From assembly GCA_004297765.1 (NCBI GenBank), contig SCTZ01000129.1, positions 5,113 through 69,112 on the forward strand: DNA of 64,000 nt. The letters are read 5' to 3'. The position numbers and the translations under genes were made by a program. Positions 9,089 through 18,800 of this stretch are shown here, in pieces (position 1 is the stretch's first letter; each line of letters starts with the position of its first letter). The notes beneath the pieces were generated by a model. That model saw only the letters and a list, made by a program, of their open reading frames with translations. It was not told the DNA's origin and searched no databases. The DNA is from Chloroflexota bacterium. Its GTDB lineage: Bacteria; Chloroflexota; Dehalococcoidia; FW602-bin16.

Positions 9089-11077
9089 TCATGGGGCGGA
9101 CGATGGCGCAGGCGATTCTTGGTTGATATCCTGCGTCGCCGGCGTCGAGCTCGCCCCCTTGGATGGAGCAGGCGTGGACGCGCTCGACGTTGGTGCCGGG
9201 ACAGCCGGCGTGGGCATTGGTATCACCGGTGTGGCCGTTGGTGGAGCAGGTGTCGGTGCTACCGGCGTTGGCGTGGGGGCAGCCGGGGTAGGGGACGCGG
9301 GCGCTGGAGTCGGCGTCACGGTCCGCGGCGTGTTCGTGGGGCTGGGAGTGGGTGGCGCTGAGGTGGGCGTGGGCGCACCGGCGCTGATCACCACATCCAC
9401 GCGCGAGTCCCGCGCGACCACCGCGTTGGCCGGTGGGCTCTGCTCGATAATCCTCCCGGCCGGCACATCGGAGCTGAGCCGCGTTGCAGAACCACCCAGG
9501 CTCAAACCCACGTTGCGTAGAGAGTCCTCGGCCTCGCCACTCGTGCGCCCGAGCAGCCCCGGGACCTGGACCAGTTGAGGATTCGTCACCACATCCGGCC
9601 CGGTACTAATCACTACGACCAGTCGATCACCCGTCGTCACGCGCTCTCCCCGCGCGGGATGCTGCTCCACAACCGAGTTCACGGGAGCCCGTTGATCCGC
9701 CCTACTGCCGCCCACGACCAGCATCAGTCCGGCCTGCCGTGCCCTGTCCTGGGCCGCCGCTAGGTCGAGCCCTAGAACGCTGGGTACGTCGACGCGAGGG
9801 TTGGGCGGAGCAGGCGTGTTCTGAGTTATTGGCGTGGGCGACGGCATCGGCGTGGAAGTTGGCGTTCGCGTTGGCGTTTGAATCAAGAGCGTCGACACGC
9901 CAGGGGCGGAAGACAGTAGGTCGCTGGACTGAAGCACAGGCCAGGCGCGCAGCGCACCGTATCCCATCGCGACGAGCAGCCCCACACCGATCAGTGACCA
10001 GACGAGACGAGAGAGGAGCTTCCCTTTTCCCCTGCCCGACGCCGCTGCCATCTCCAGTCGTGCGGACTGCTCCAAGCCATCGTCTCGGGCCCAGAAATCC
10101 TGATCCGCCATCGACCAGACCGTCGTCGCCCCCTTGTCCCCGACCGCATTGTCATGCGTCGTCGCGTCGGGGCCGAGCGGCTCCGGCGACTCGGTCTGCA
10201 TTGCCGGGAGCGGGGCAATCGGCACGAGCCGCGTCGTGCCCTCATCCTGGCGATCGACGTCGACCAGGGCTCCCCGCATCTCAGCGGCGTTGGCGAACCG
10301 ACGCGCTGGGACTTTATCCAGCGCTCGGGCGATGACCGCGTCAAGAGCGGCCGGGAGCGCCGGTGCCACCTGCGCCAAGCGCGGGGCTGGCTCCTGAATA
10401 TGCTTCAAGGCGATCTCCAGCGGCGTGGAGCCATTAAAGGGGAGTCGGCCCGTCAGCATCTCGAAGAGGACCACCCCGATGGCGTAGACGTCAGAGCTTG
10501 GAAGCACACTATCGCCGCGGGCCTGCTCGGGCGAGATATATTGAGCGGAGCCCAGAGCCACACCCGTCGTGGTGAGCCCCACGGCGTTCATGGCCCGAGC
10601 GATGCCGAAATCGACGACTTTGACCCGCCCATCCTCGGTGAGCAGGATGTTCTGCGGCTTGATGTCCCGGTGAATCAACCCCTTCTGGTGGGCCGCCTGC
10701 ACCCCAGCGCAGATCTGACGCGCCAGGGCCATGGCCTCGCTGGACGACAGAAACTTTTTCTGGCGCAGGTAGCTCTTCAGATCGAGGCCGGCGACATACT
10801 CCATGACGATGAAGTAGCTCTCGCCGGTCGATCCGTGATCGTACACGGACACCACGTTCGGATGAGACAGGCTGGCAATGGCAAGTGCTTCCTGTCTGAA
10901 CCGTTCCACGAAGCTGGCATCCTGAACCAGCTCCTCTCGCAATATCTTGACGGCCACGTGCCGTTGCATCTTGCGGTCAAAGGCGCGATAGACCCGGGCC
11001 ATGCCGCCCTGGCCGATCCTATCGAGGATGTCGTAGCGGTCCTGAAAGAGCTCTCCCTCCAACTTCCCATCCCACAC
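9089..11077 (-). CDS. Ser/Thr protein kinase with extracellular PASTA repeats (PknB-like) and a long Pro/Thr tail
   Basis: 662 aa. The kinase motifs are IGQGGMARVY, VAVKIL, HRDIKPQNILL, DFGIA and SPEQ. A TM helix follows (LVWSLIGVGLLVAMGY), then PASTA-like units (VPSVLGLDLAAAQDRARQAGL, VQVPGLLGRTSGEAEDSLRNVGL) and about 100 aa of PT-rich tail. Confidence 0.9.
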   Translation of the reverse strand: MWDGKLEGELFQDRYDILDRIGQGGMARVYRAFDRKMQRHVAVKILREELVQDASFVERFRQEALAIASLSHPNVVSVYDHGSTGESYFIVMEYVAGLDLKSYLRQKKFLSSSEAMALARQICAGVQAAHQKGLIHRDIKPQNILLTEDGRVKVVDFGIARAMNAVGLTTTGVALGSAQYISPEQARGDSVLPSSDVYAIGVVLFEMLTGRLPFNGSTPLEIALKHIQEPAPRLAQVAPALPAALDAVIARALDKVPARRFANAAEMRGALVDVDRQDEGTTRLVPIAPLPAMQTESPEPLGPDATTHDNAVGDKGATTVWSMADQDFWARDDGLEQSARLEMAAASGRGKGKLLSRLVWSLIGVGLLVAMGYGALRAWPVLQSSDLLSSAPGVSTLLIQTPTRTPTSTPMPSPTPITQNTPAPPNPRVDVPSVLGLDLAAAQDRARQAGLMLVVGGSRADQRAPVNSVVEQHPARGERVTTGDRLVVVISTGPDVVTNPQLVQVPGLLGRTSGEAEDSLRNVGLSLGGSATRLSSDVPAGRIIEQSPPANAVVARDSRVDVVISAGAPTPTSAPPTPSPTNTPRTVTPTPAPASPTPAAPTPTPVAPTPAPPTATPVIPMPTPAVPAPTSSASTPAPSKGASSTPATQDINQESPAPSSAP

Positions 11078-11394
11078 TGCTCGTCCAGCCCGAGGCTACG
11101 GAAGCATGACCACGATTGCTCCCGCCGGGCGGCCGGTTCGAATACTTGAGGTAGCCCAGTATAACATATCTTTGCGCCCCTTGTGGTGTGCTGATAATTC
11201 GGAATGTGTCACCATGTCGCAGCGCAGGACAGCGGTCCAAACTCGGGGCTTGCATCTCAAATCGGCGGGCGTATGTCATCAAGGCGGGAGATCTCGGTCA
11301 TGGGGAGATAGAGGCGATTCTTGTGGTCCTCGAACGGTCTGAACTGATGATGCAGGCGCCCTCGCGCAACTGCGCCCGCAGGAACTATCGCCAG

Positions 11395-11850
11395 CTATCC
11401 TGCGCCGACGAAGTCGTCCAGGAGGAGAACCGGAGCTTCGCTTATGCGGCGCAGGTCCCGGTCGTTGGTCAGAAAGGCGTTTGCGCCCGCGCGAAGGCAG
11501 GCCGATACTTGTAGCGCATCGGCGGGCCGCAGCCTGTAGGTAGCTCGCAGGTCGGCGGCTCCTCTCGCAACCGCCCTATCGAGCGGAACGATCGTGAGGT
11601 TCGGGTAGTTCGACAGCAACACCTCGTACTCGTCGGCCACGTCAGGTCGCCCCAACTGCAGTGGTTTTACCGCCAATTCCATGAGAGTGAGAACCGAGGT
11701 CACCCCGCGAAACGCGCCGTTCGCTAGCCCAGTGAGGACAGAACCGGCTAAAGCAGCCCGGCGAGAGGTAGCCTCCAGGTGATAGATGAAGATGGCGGTA
11801 TCCAGGCCGACGACCGAGTGTTCACGCAAGACGTCCGCTATTCCTGCCAA
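11395..11850 (-). CDS. vapC: PIN-domain toxin (VapC family)
   Basis: VVGLDTAIFIYHLE (first acidic residue), TSVLTLMELAV, LRPADALQVSACLRAGANAFLTNDRDL. The start is uncertain: TTG at 11850 or TTG at 11829, either way overlapping or abutting the antitoxin stop at 11838. Confidence 0.8.
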   Translation of the reverse strand: MAGIADVLREHSVVGLDTAIFIYHLEATSRRAALAGSVLTGLANGAFRGVTSVLTLMELAVKPLQLGRPDVADEYEVLLSNYPNLTIVPLDRAVARGAADLRATYRLRPADALQVSACLRAGANAFLTNDRDLRRISEAPVLLLDDFVGAG

Positions 11851-12080
11851 GCTTCGCGCTCTCCTCGAACGTACTCCTGTGGCTCGATGCCCTGCCATAT
11901 GTCGCTATGCAGGCCCCGCAGACGCTGGCTGTAATCGCTGGGCTCCGGGATCAGCACAATGTAGCCGTCCCGCACATCGACCAGCAAGCTGTCGCCAGCC
12001 TGGAGGTGCAGCCGTCTTCTCGCATCCGCGGGAACCGAGATCTGAAACTTGCTACTTACTTTGACCCGTGCTGTCATCAT
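11838..12080 (-). CDS. vapB: AbrB/MazE/SpoVT-fold antitoxin (VapB-type)
   Basis: The internal Met gives MMTARVKVSSKFQISVPADARRRLHLQAGDSLLVDVRDGYIVLIPEP, a swapped-hairpin AbrB-type DNA-binding pattern. It lies directly upstream of the PIN gene. Confidence 0.8.
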   Translation of the reverse strand: MMTARVKVSSKFQISVPADARRRLHLQAGDSLLVDVRDGYIVLIPEPSDYSQRLRGLHSDIWQGIEPQEYVRGEREAWQE

Positions 12081-12276
12081 CCATCCTCCGTATTTATCAC
12101 GCGTGACCTTGATCCAGCACCCACGATATGTGGCTCGAGGCTCACTAAGCATCTTAGCTCATTTGCCAAGCAGGAGCAAGCTGAAGTGTTGCAAAGAGTG
12201 GTGGCAGCAACTCGCTCCTATGGAGGACAGGGAGCGGATTGACTTGAGTCCCTCTCGTCCCGGGCCGCAAGGTACG

Positions 12277-12762
12277 CTACCTCCGATGCAGCAGCTTGGA
12301 TAGCGCTCGTGGCGAGGGCGCCGCAAGCCCCTTCTCCAGCGCGCCACTCCGCCACAGCGCACCCTTCAGCCAGAAGAGACCGATGACTCCGGCCGTGATG
12401 GCCGCCAGATAGATCTGACCCATGTCGAGGATCGGGCGAACGTGAACTCCTTCCGGTCCCACTACGATCGCGGCCACGGGGCGACTGCGCGCTCCACCGC
12501 CGCCGCCACCACCGGCCCCGGAGCCGGAGCCGGACACGCCGCCGGGAGAGCTACCCTCACCACTGCCCATCCCAAAGCCGAAGCCACACATCACCTCGGC
12601 CACCGGGATCACAGTGCGCCCGTCCAGACTGTGAGGCTCGCCGAACGCGGCGCTAGCCCGGGCCGTGGACGCTAGCTGTCCCAATGCTTTGACGATACTC
12701 TCCGGCAGCGCCGCGTCGACAGTGATGCGATCTGGCTGCTCGCCTTCGTGCTTCTCGACCAT
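12277..12762 (-). CDS. GerW/YtfJ-family protein with C-terminal TM helix
   Basis: The ATG at 12762 has AAGGAG 7 nt upstream. FGEPHSLDGRTVIPVAEV, a Gly-rich stretch GSGSGAGGGGGGG, then RPVAAIVVGPEGVHVRPI resemble sporulation protein YtfJ/GerW family members. This call is from memory of that family. Confidence 0.6.
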   Translation of the reverse strand: MVEKHEGEQPDRITVDAALPESIVKALGQLASTARASAAFGEPHSLDGRTVIPVAEVMCGFGFGMGSGEGSSPGGVSGSGSGAGGGGGGGARSRPVAAIVVGPEGVHVRPILDMGQIYLAAITAGVIGLFWLKGALWRSGALEKGLAAPSPRALSKLLHRR

Positions 12763-12776
12763 GATTGCTTTCTCCT

Positions 12777-13082
12777 TCACCTATGATTCGAGCTAGCGTC
12801 CCTTCGGAAGATGTGCGCCAGAATCACCAGCACACCGACCAGCATCGCCGAGAGGGTAACCCTCATCCCGATGTCTGGGATCGGCACGCGCTGTATACCG
12901 TCGGCATCCTCGACCTCTACCGCGATGGGCCGAGTCCAGACAAAACCAGCGACCAGCGCCTCCGACCGACGCAGGGTCACCGACACGGTGCGCGCAATCG
13001 GGACGAGGCGCTTACCCGCCACGTTCAAGGGCACGCCACGCACCACACCTGCTTCAACAACACGACCGATCTTGAAAGTCAT
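12777..13082 (-). CDS. Hypothetical small membrane-anchored protein, possibly a distant GerW-like half-domain
   Basis: 101 aa, MTFKIGRV...VAGKRLVPIARTVSV...TRPIAVEVEDADGIQRVPIPD, with a C-terminal TM helix LSAMLVGVLVILAHIF. It lies immediately upstream of the GerW-like gene. Confidence 0.45.
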   Translation of the reverse strand: MTFKIGRVVEAGVVRGVPLNVAGKRLVPIARTVSVTLRRSEALVAGFVWTRPIAVEVEDADGIQRVPIPDIGMRVTLSAMLVGVLVILAHIFRRDASSNHR

Positions 13083-13118
13083 AGACGTCCCCTATCTCGC
13101 AGAGACCCTGGTGACCAC

Positions 13119-14747
13119 CTATGCCAGCTCGCGAGCCATCCTCCGGATCTCCGATGCATTGTCCGTCCCCAGACGCACCCGCGCCACGCGCCGTCCTTGC
13201 GCTTGCAAAGCCTGCAAATCTCCCAGCGCCTGCGCGTCGCAGAGCGTGCCGAACGTATACTGCTCCCCGGGAATTGGGATATTCTGAGTTCGGTCGGCTA
13301 CAAGCTGGAGGTACAATCCATTGCCCGGTCCGCCTTTGTGAAGCTGGCCGGTGGAGTGGAGAAAGCGCGGCCCGTAGCCCAGGGTGGTTGCCACCCGGAA
13401 CCGCTCCATCACCGCACGGCGAAGCTCAGTGAGCGCCGCCTCCACCTCGGGCGTCGGGCGCAGGTAGGCCATGATAGCAAGATAGTCCCCAGCCTGAGAC
13501 TGCAACAGCAAATCCCGCGGCGAGCTGGGCGCCGCTATCTCCGGAAACCGTCCCGATTGCTGGTACTCGCGCAGAACGGCCGAAGTCACGTCTTTGGACT
13601 GCTGCACGTTGGGCTGATCGAAGGGCTGGATGCCCAGGACCGCCCCGGCTACGGCCGTAGCGAGCTCCCAGCGGAAGAACTCGGCGCCAAGATCGAGGCG
13701 ATCCGGCAGATCCAGCCTGACCACGGGCTGTCCCGACTCCGCGATCCCCTCCACGGCCGCGTCGGGGGAAGTATTGTCGTCGCCCTCCAGCCGCAGGTAG
13801 ACGAAGACTCGGTCGTCGCCGTAGAACTGTGGGTCCATGAGAGGCTCGTCCGCTATTGGGATGATGCCTTTGCCCTCCTTGCCCGTACTTTCCGCGATGA
13901 GCTGCTCGACCCATAGGCCGAAGCTTCCGATAGAGGACGAGGCGATGAGTGTGAGCTTGGAGCGGCCACTTAGAGCGAACGCGCCCATAGCCGCTCCGAG
14001 CCATGCACCCGGATTCTGGCGGATCGGCACGCTTGCGGCGCACGCGTCGTGGATAGCACCGGCTCGCTCCAGCAGCGTCGCGACGTCGAGACCGGTCAGA
14101 GCGGCCGGCACTAGCCCAAAATAGGAGAGAACGGAGTAGCGTCCGCCGATGTCATGGGGATTCAGGAACACACGCCGGAACCCCTGCTCCCGGGCCAGTT
14201 TTTCGAGCGACGTCCCGGGATCGGTCACGGCCACGAAGTTCTGGCCGAACGTTTCTCTGCCAACAGCCTGCTCTACCAGGCTGCGGAAATACTTGTACAG
14301 AGACATGACCTCGATCGTGCCGCCAGACTTGGAGGAGACCAGAAACAGGGTGCGCGCCGGGTCGATGGACTCCTGCACCGCCAGCACCCAGGCGGGAACT
14401 GTGGAGTCCAGGACCATCAATTCAGGAAATGAGGCAGCACTGCCAAAGGTCTGCCGCAACACCTCCGGACCCAGGCTGCTCCCCCCCATGCCCAACAGCA
14501 CCACGTGGCGAAAACCCGCCTCTCGCACCTGCCGGGCAAAGCCGACCAACTCTGGAACCTGGCCGCGCATCGCGTCGATGACATCAACCCAGCCCAGCCG
14601 GTTGGTGATCTCGGTGGGGTCAGGCTTCCAGACAGTGTGATCCTTGCGCCACATCCTCCCGACCACGTCGCGCTGTTCCAGGTCGGCCAGGGCTGTTTCT
14701 ACCAGGAGCAGGTCCGGTCCCTGGAACTTCTGCATGCTCATCCCCAT
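13119..14747 (-). CDS. pgi: Glucose-6-phosphate isomerase (of the type also found fused to transaldolase)
   Basis: The ATG at 14747 is preceded by AGGAGGA. VVLLGMGGSSLGPEVL and LFLVSSKSGGTIE (SIS/PGI signature blocks) are followed by GGRYSVLS and FDQPNVQQSK. The ORF-track N-terminal extension to 14954 is Arg-rich and unlikely to be real. Confidence 0.85.
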   Translation of the reverse strand: MGMSMQKFQGPDLLLVETALADLEQRDVVGRMWRKDHTVWKPDPTEITNRLGWVDVIDAMRGQVPELVGFARQVREAGFRHVVLLGMGGSSLGPEVLRQTFGSAASFPELMVLDSTVPAWVLAVQESIDPARTLFLVSSKSGGTIEVMSLYKYFRSLVEQAVGRETFGQNFVAVTDPGTSLEKLAREQGFRRVFLNPHDIGGRYSVLSYFGLVPAALTGLDVATLLERAGAIHDACAASVPIRQNPGAWLGAAMGAFALSGRSKLTLIASSSIGSFGLWVEQLIAESTGKEGKGIIPIADEPLMDPQFYGDDRVFVYLRLEGDDNTSPDAAVEGIAESGQPVVRLDLPDRLDLGAEFFRWELATAVAGAVLGIQPFDQPNVQQSKDVTSAVLREYQQSGRFPEIAAPSSPRDLLLQSQAGDYLAIMAYLRPTPEVEAALTELRRAVMERFRVATTLGYGPRFLHSTGQLHKGGPGNGLYLQLVADRTQNIPIPGEQYTFGTLCDAQALGDLQALQAQGRRVARVRLGTDNASEIRRMARELA

Positions 14748-15101
14748 GTATAGTCCTCCTTGTCGTCGGCCACGTCGCGACCTTCTCTCTGGATCGCGCG
14801 GGGCGGCTATAGAGGGACGCAGATGGGCGCCCACTATGATCCATTGTGGCACAGATATGGTACCGACCGCCAATTGGGCAGACCGTGACATGGGCCAAAC
14901 CTGCGGCTGGACCAGAATCGATCGCCCGACGCTTTGGTTTGGGCGAGAACGCATGAGCCCCCGATTGCCGATTCCCGATCGAACAGCATTTCGGCAGAAC
15001 AGCTCTCCATGCTATAATGGCGCACCGAAGCGTTCGGCCGGCGTCGTCCTCGATAAGCATGACAGGCGAGCGCAAGACGCCAACACGGTGAGGAGGAGCA
15101 G

Positions 15102-15437
15102 ATGTCGGATCAGCCCCTGACCCCCAGGAGGATCTTCGAGCGAATTCCCGAGGTCTTCGATGGTGAGAAGGCCCGAGGGATCAACGCCTCAGTCCAGTTC
15201 GTGCTGACCGGCGCGGACGGCGGAGAGTGGTGCGTGAACATCGCGGACGGCGCCTGTCAGGTGACAGAGGGCCGCACCACCAACCCCAGAGTCACGATCA
15301 CCACGGACGCGCAGGTCTACGTCGACCTCGTATCCGGAAAGCTCAATCCCATGACGGCCTTCATGTCCGGCAAGGTGAAGCTGGACGGCGACCTCGGTCT
15401 GGTCATGCGCCTCGGCCCGCTGTTTCAGGCGCCGTAA
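15102..15437 (+). CDS. SCP2 sterol-carrier-like domain protein
   Basis: 111 aa. ...VQFVLTGADGGEWCVNIADGACQVTEG...ITTDAQVYVDLVSGKLNPMTAFMSGKVKLDGDLGLVMRL is the classic SCP-2 C-terminal pattern. Confidence 0.8.
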   Translation: MSDQPLTPRRIFERIPEVFDGEKARGINASVQFVLTGADGGEWCVNIADGACQVTEGRTTNPRVTITTDAQVYVDLVSGKLNPMTAFMSGKVKLDGDLGLVMRLGPLFQAP

Positions 15438-15854
15438 CCGGCGCTGTCATCGTGCGCCCACTTGTTATTGACAAGTGGGGCGCCGAGTGGTAGTATTACA
15501 CTGTCCTAAGCTGATGCCGCTCGGGAGAGCGCCACCATGATGGTTGGCGCCAGGGCGGCGGGGGTCTTGGGATTTTTTTGTGCTCGCAAAACCGGCGGAC
15601 GCCACACCCAGCGCCGGTGCCGATTGTGGTCGCCTTCTGGGTCTGGAGACATAGAGATGGCCCCGCGTGGCTGGGACCCACCGGGGCCGTGGCATGAGGA
15701 GCGTCTGCTACTCCTGCACGCGTATTATAGCGTCGTGCAAGGGGCTAGTCTAGCTTGGCCGGGCTAGCCCTTTTCTCCTAGCTGCGGCAGCGGGCGCCCT
15801 CGTGCATAGCGTCTCAGCGAGTGCCCACTAATTCGCTCTCGGAGAAACAAGACC

Positions 15855-18800
15855 GTGAACAAGCGCACGCTCACAACACTCGCGATACTCCTCTTTTCCT
15901 TCGCGCTGCTCCTGATGCCGCGCGGCGCTACTCCTATCAGCGCCGTCGCTCCGCCTCCCAGCGTCGATCTCCTCGGTCAGATCGGCGGTGGCGCGGTGGC
16001 CTTCGCCCTGCAAGGGAACTACGCCTATGTCGGCGTCGGCCCGCGGCTTGTCACGGTGGATATCACCGACCCAGCCCACATGACCGTGATCGGCCAGAGT
16101 GACGTACAGTCGAGTTACATCAGAGGCGTCGCGGTCTCCGGCAACTACGCCTACGCCGCCTCCGGCACTAGGCTGAACGTCTTCGACATCTCGAACGCCT
16201 CCCATCCGACAGCAGTCGCCGTCTGGGTTAGACCCACCAACACGCCCGGGCTCGCAGCCGGCATCACGGTAGTGGGCAGCTATGCCTATCTGGCCGATGG
16301 GGCGAGCGGTCTGAGGATCATAGACATCTCTGACCCATTGAATCCGAGTCAGGCCGGACACTACGTTACCCCGGGCGGCCAGGGCGGCGGCCAGGCCGTG
16401 AAAGTCGTCGGCAGCCTCGCCTACGTGGCCGATGGCCCGGGTGGTCTCCAGATCATCGACGTCTCTAACCCCAGCGCCCCCACATGGGTAGGTTCCTTCG
16501 CCAACTACGCCGAGCCCGCTCCCTCTACGCTGACGGGGAAGGCGCTCGGCGTCTTCGTGAACAACGGCCTCGCCTACGTGGGCGATGACCTGGGCTTGCT
16601 CATCGTCGACGTGAGCACACCGTCGAGCCCGAGCTTCGTCAGCTTCATCTCCACGGAGCAGTGCGGGCAGCACGGCGTCGGGCCCGGCGCCACGGACGTC
16701 TTCGTGGTCGGTGGTCGCGCCTACGTTGCCAACCAGGGCACCTGGGGTGACGTCCAGTCTGGACTCTACGTCCATTCCGGACTCTACATTGTCGACGTCA
16801 GCGCCCCAGCCACTCCTCAGTTTGTGGCCCAATGGGGTACTGATGTCAGGGATACAGGAACGGCGCACGGCATTGCCGTCTCCGGCGGCCACGCCTTCGT
16901 CGCGTTTAACGCCGGGCTGTTCCGTGCCGTCGACGTGGTGAACCTGCAGCCTTCCCATTATGCTGCCTGTCCGCCCGGCACGCCCAACCTGCTGCAGGCC
17001 GGCGACTACGTTCCGAAAATCGGCTCCTTGAATGGAGTCGTGGTGGAGAACGGGTATGCCTACGGCGCCAGTCCCTGGAACGGCCTCCGGGTCATGGACG
17101 TCTCGAACCCGGCCAGCCCATCCTGGGTCAGCACATTCGTGATGCGCCAGGCCTTTGGCATAGCCAAGAAAGGCGCCGATGTCTACATAGCCGGCAACGC
17201 ATGGCATCCGGACAGCTTCGCGGACGGACCCGGGCTCTGGATCCTGGACGTCGCCAATCCGGCCAATCCCACCGTGAGATCCAGCTTACTAACGCCAGGG
17301 ACCCCGAATGGCATCGCCCTCTCCGGCAGCTACGCCTACCTCGCGGAAGCCGCGTACGTGGACACGGGCACCGGGACTACCCGGGGCGTGAGCGGTCTGC
17401 GCATCGTCGATATCTCTAGCCCGGCCAACCCCACGCAGGTCGTGCTCGTGGCCACACCGGGTTCACCCAAAGCCGTCGCGGTGGTCGGCAACTACGCCTA
17501 CGTCGCCGCGGGAACCGCCGGTCTCCAGATCGTCGACGCCACAGTCCCCGCCAGCGCCAGTCTTGTCGCATCCTACCCACTGGCTGGCGGCGCGAATGCG
17601 GTCGACGTCGCGGTCGTGGGCAGCCGTGCTTACGTCGCCGGGGGATCTAACCTGCACGTCATCGACGTTTCCAACCCGCAATCGCCCAGCCTTGTTCGGG
17701 CTCTACCGGTGCGCAATAACGCGCTTGCTGTGAGCGTTGTGGACGACTACGCATACGTGGTAGACGGCACGAGCGGTCCGTCGAACAGCAGAGTCAGCGT
17801 CTTCGATCTCCTCTCCTCGAACACGACCCCGGTTGTTTCCTGGTTTGGCGCCGGAACCGGCGCCGACGTGGTCGTGACCGGCGGCCTGACCTATGTCCCT
17901 GGAAACTCGTCGGGTCTGTATATCGTCCGCTTCAACTTGCCAGTCCGGAACCAGCCCCCAACCGCCCAGGCCGGCACCTACAGCGTGCCCGAGGCCGGCT
18001 CGGTACAGCTCGCGGGCACGGGCACCGATCCGGACAACGACCCACTCACCTTCGCCTGGGACCTGGATAACGACGGGACATTCGAGACCTCAGCGCAGAA
18101 TGTGACCTTCTCCGCCGCCAACCTGGACGGTCCTGCCAGCCGAACAGTCGTGCTGCAGGTCTGCGACGGCAAGGGCGCCTGCACAACGTCCAACGGCGTC
18201 GTCAATGTTACCAACGTGCCGCCCATGGCAACGCTGAGCAACAACGGACCGGTCGACGCTGGCAGCCCTGCGACCATCAGCTTCAGCAACCCGTCTGATC
18301 CCTCCGGCGTGGACATCGCCGCCGGTTTCCACTACGCCTTCGCCTGCGACGGCGGGTCTCTGGACACAGCTCGATACGCCACCAGCGGCGCGTGGACCTC
18401 GACTCAGTGCACCTACGCCAGCGTCCCCAGCGATCACACCGTCCGGGGTCGCATTATCGACAAGGACGACGGCTTTGCCGAGTACACGACGGTCGTCCAC
18501 GTTAACAATGCCCCCGCGCCCGCTCCGACCGTCAATTACATCAATCAGATAGGTGGAGCGGCGCTCGCAGTTGCCATCCAGGGCAACCACGCCTATGTCG
18601 GCGTCGGTCCGCGACTCCACGTCGTGGACATCTCCGCCCCCGCGAACATGACCGTGGTAGGCATAAGCCAGGTCCTGCCGGCCGTCATCCGGGGTGTCGC
18701 GGTGTCGGGCGATGGCAACCGGGCGTACCTCGCGGCGGGCCAGCGCGGTCTGTACGTGTTCGACACCTCCAACCGTGCCCAGCCGGTGTTGATGGGCAAC

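Noticed and set aside
11120-11150. GGTTCGAATAC, resembling a tRNA T-loop.
   Set aside because: The flanking bases cannot form a T-stem, acceptor stem or anticodon arm, so there is no cloverleaf. No other tRNA-like T-loops were seen in the window.
11283-11394. The short minus-strand peptide LHHQFRPFEDHKNRLYLPMTEISRL, downstream of vapC, as a toxin or transposase remnant.
   Set aside because: It is too short and I cannot assign it to a family. No start codon or RBS supports it.
15469-15497. TTGACA-17 nt-TAGTAT as a confident promoter for a small RNA.
   Set aside because: The TTGACA lies in the loop of the hairpin that follows the SCP2 gene, and the -10 is weak. It is mentioned only within the intergenic-region finding.
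15828-17207. Long minus-strand ORFs antisense to the LVIVD gene (15828-17207, 459 aa, and 20250-21725, 491 aa). Similar cases are 40423-42363 (646 aa, antisense to ppdK), 33353-34423, 35804-36676, 63102-63941 and 4642-5820.
   Set aside because: They fully overlap genes with unambiguous family signatures on the other strand. They are Arg/Gly/Ala/Asp/His-rich with no recognisable motifs. This is the expected stop-poor mirror frame of high-GC coding sequence.
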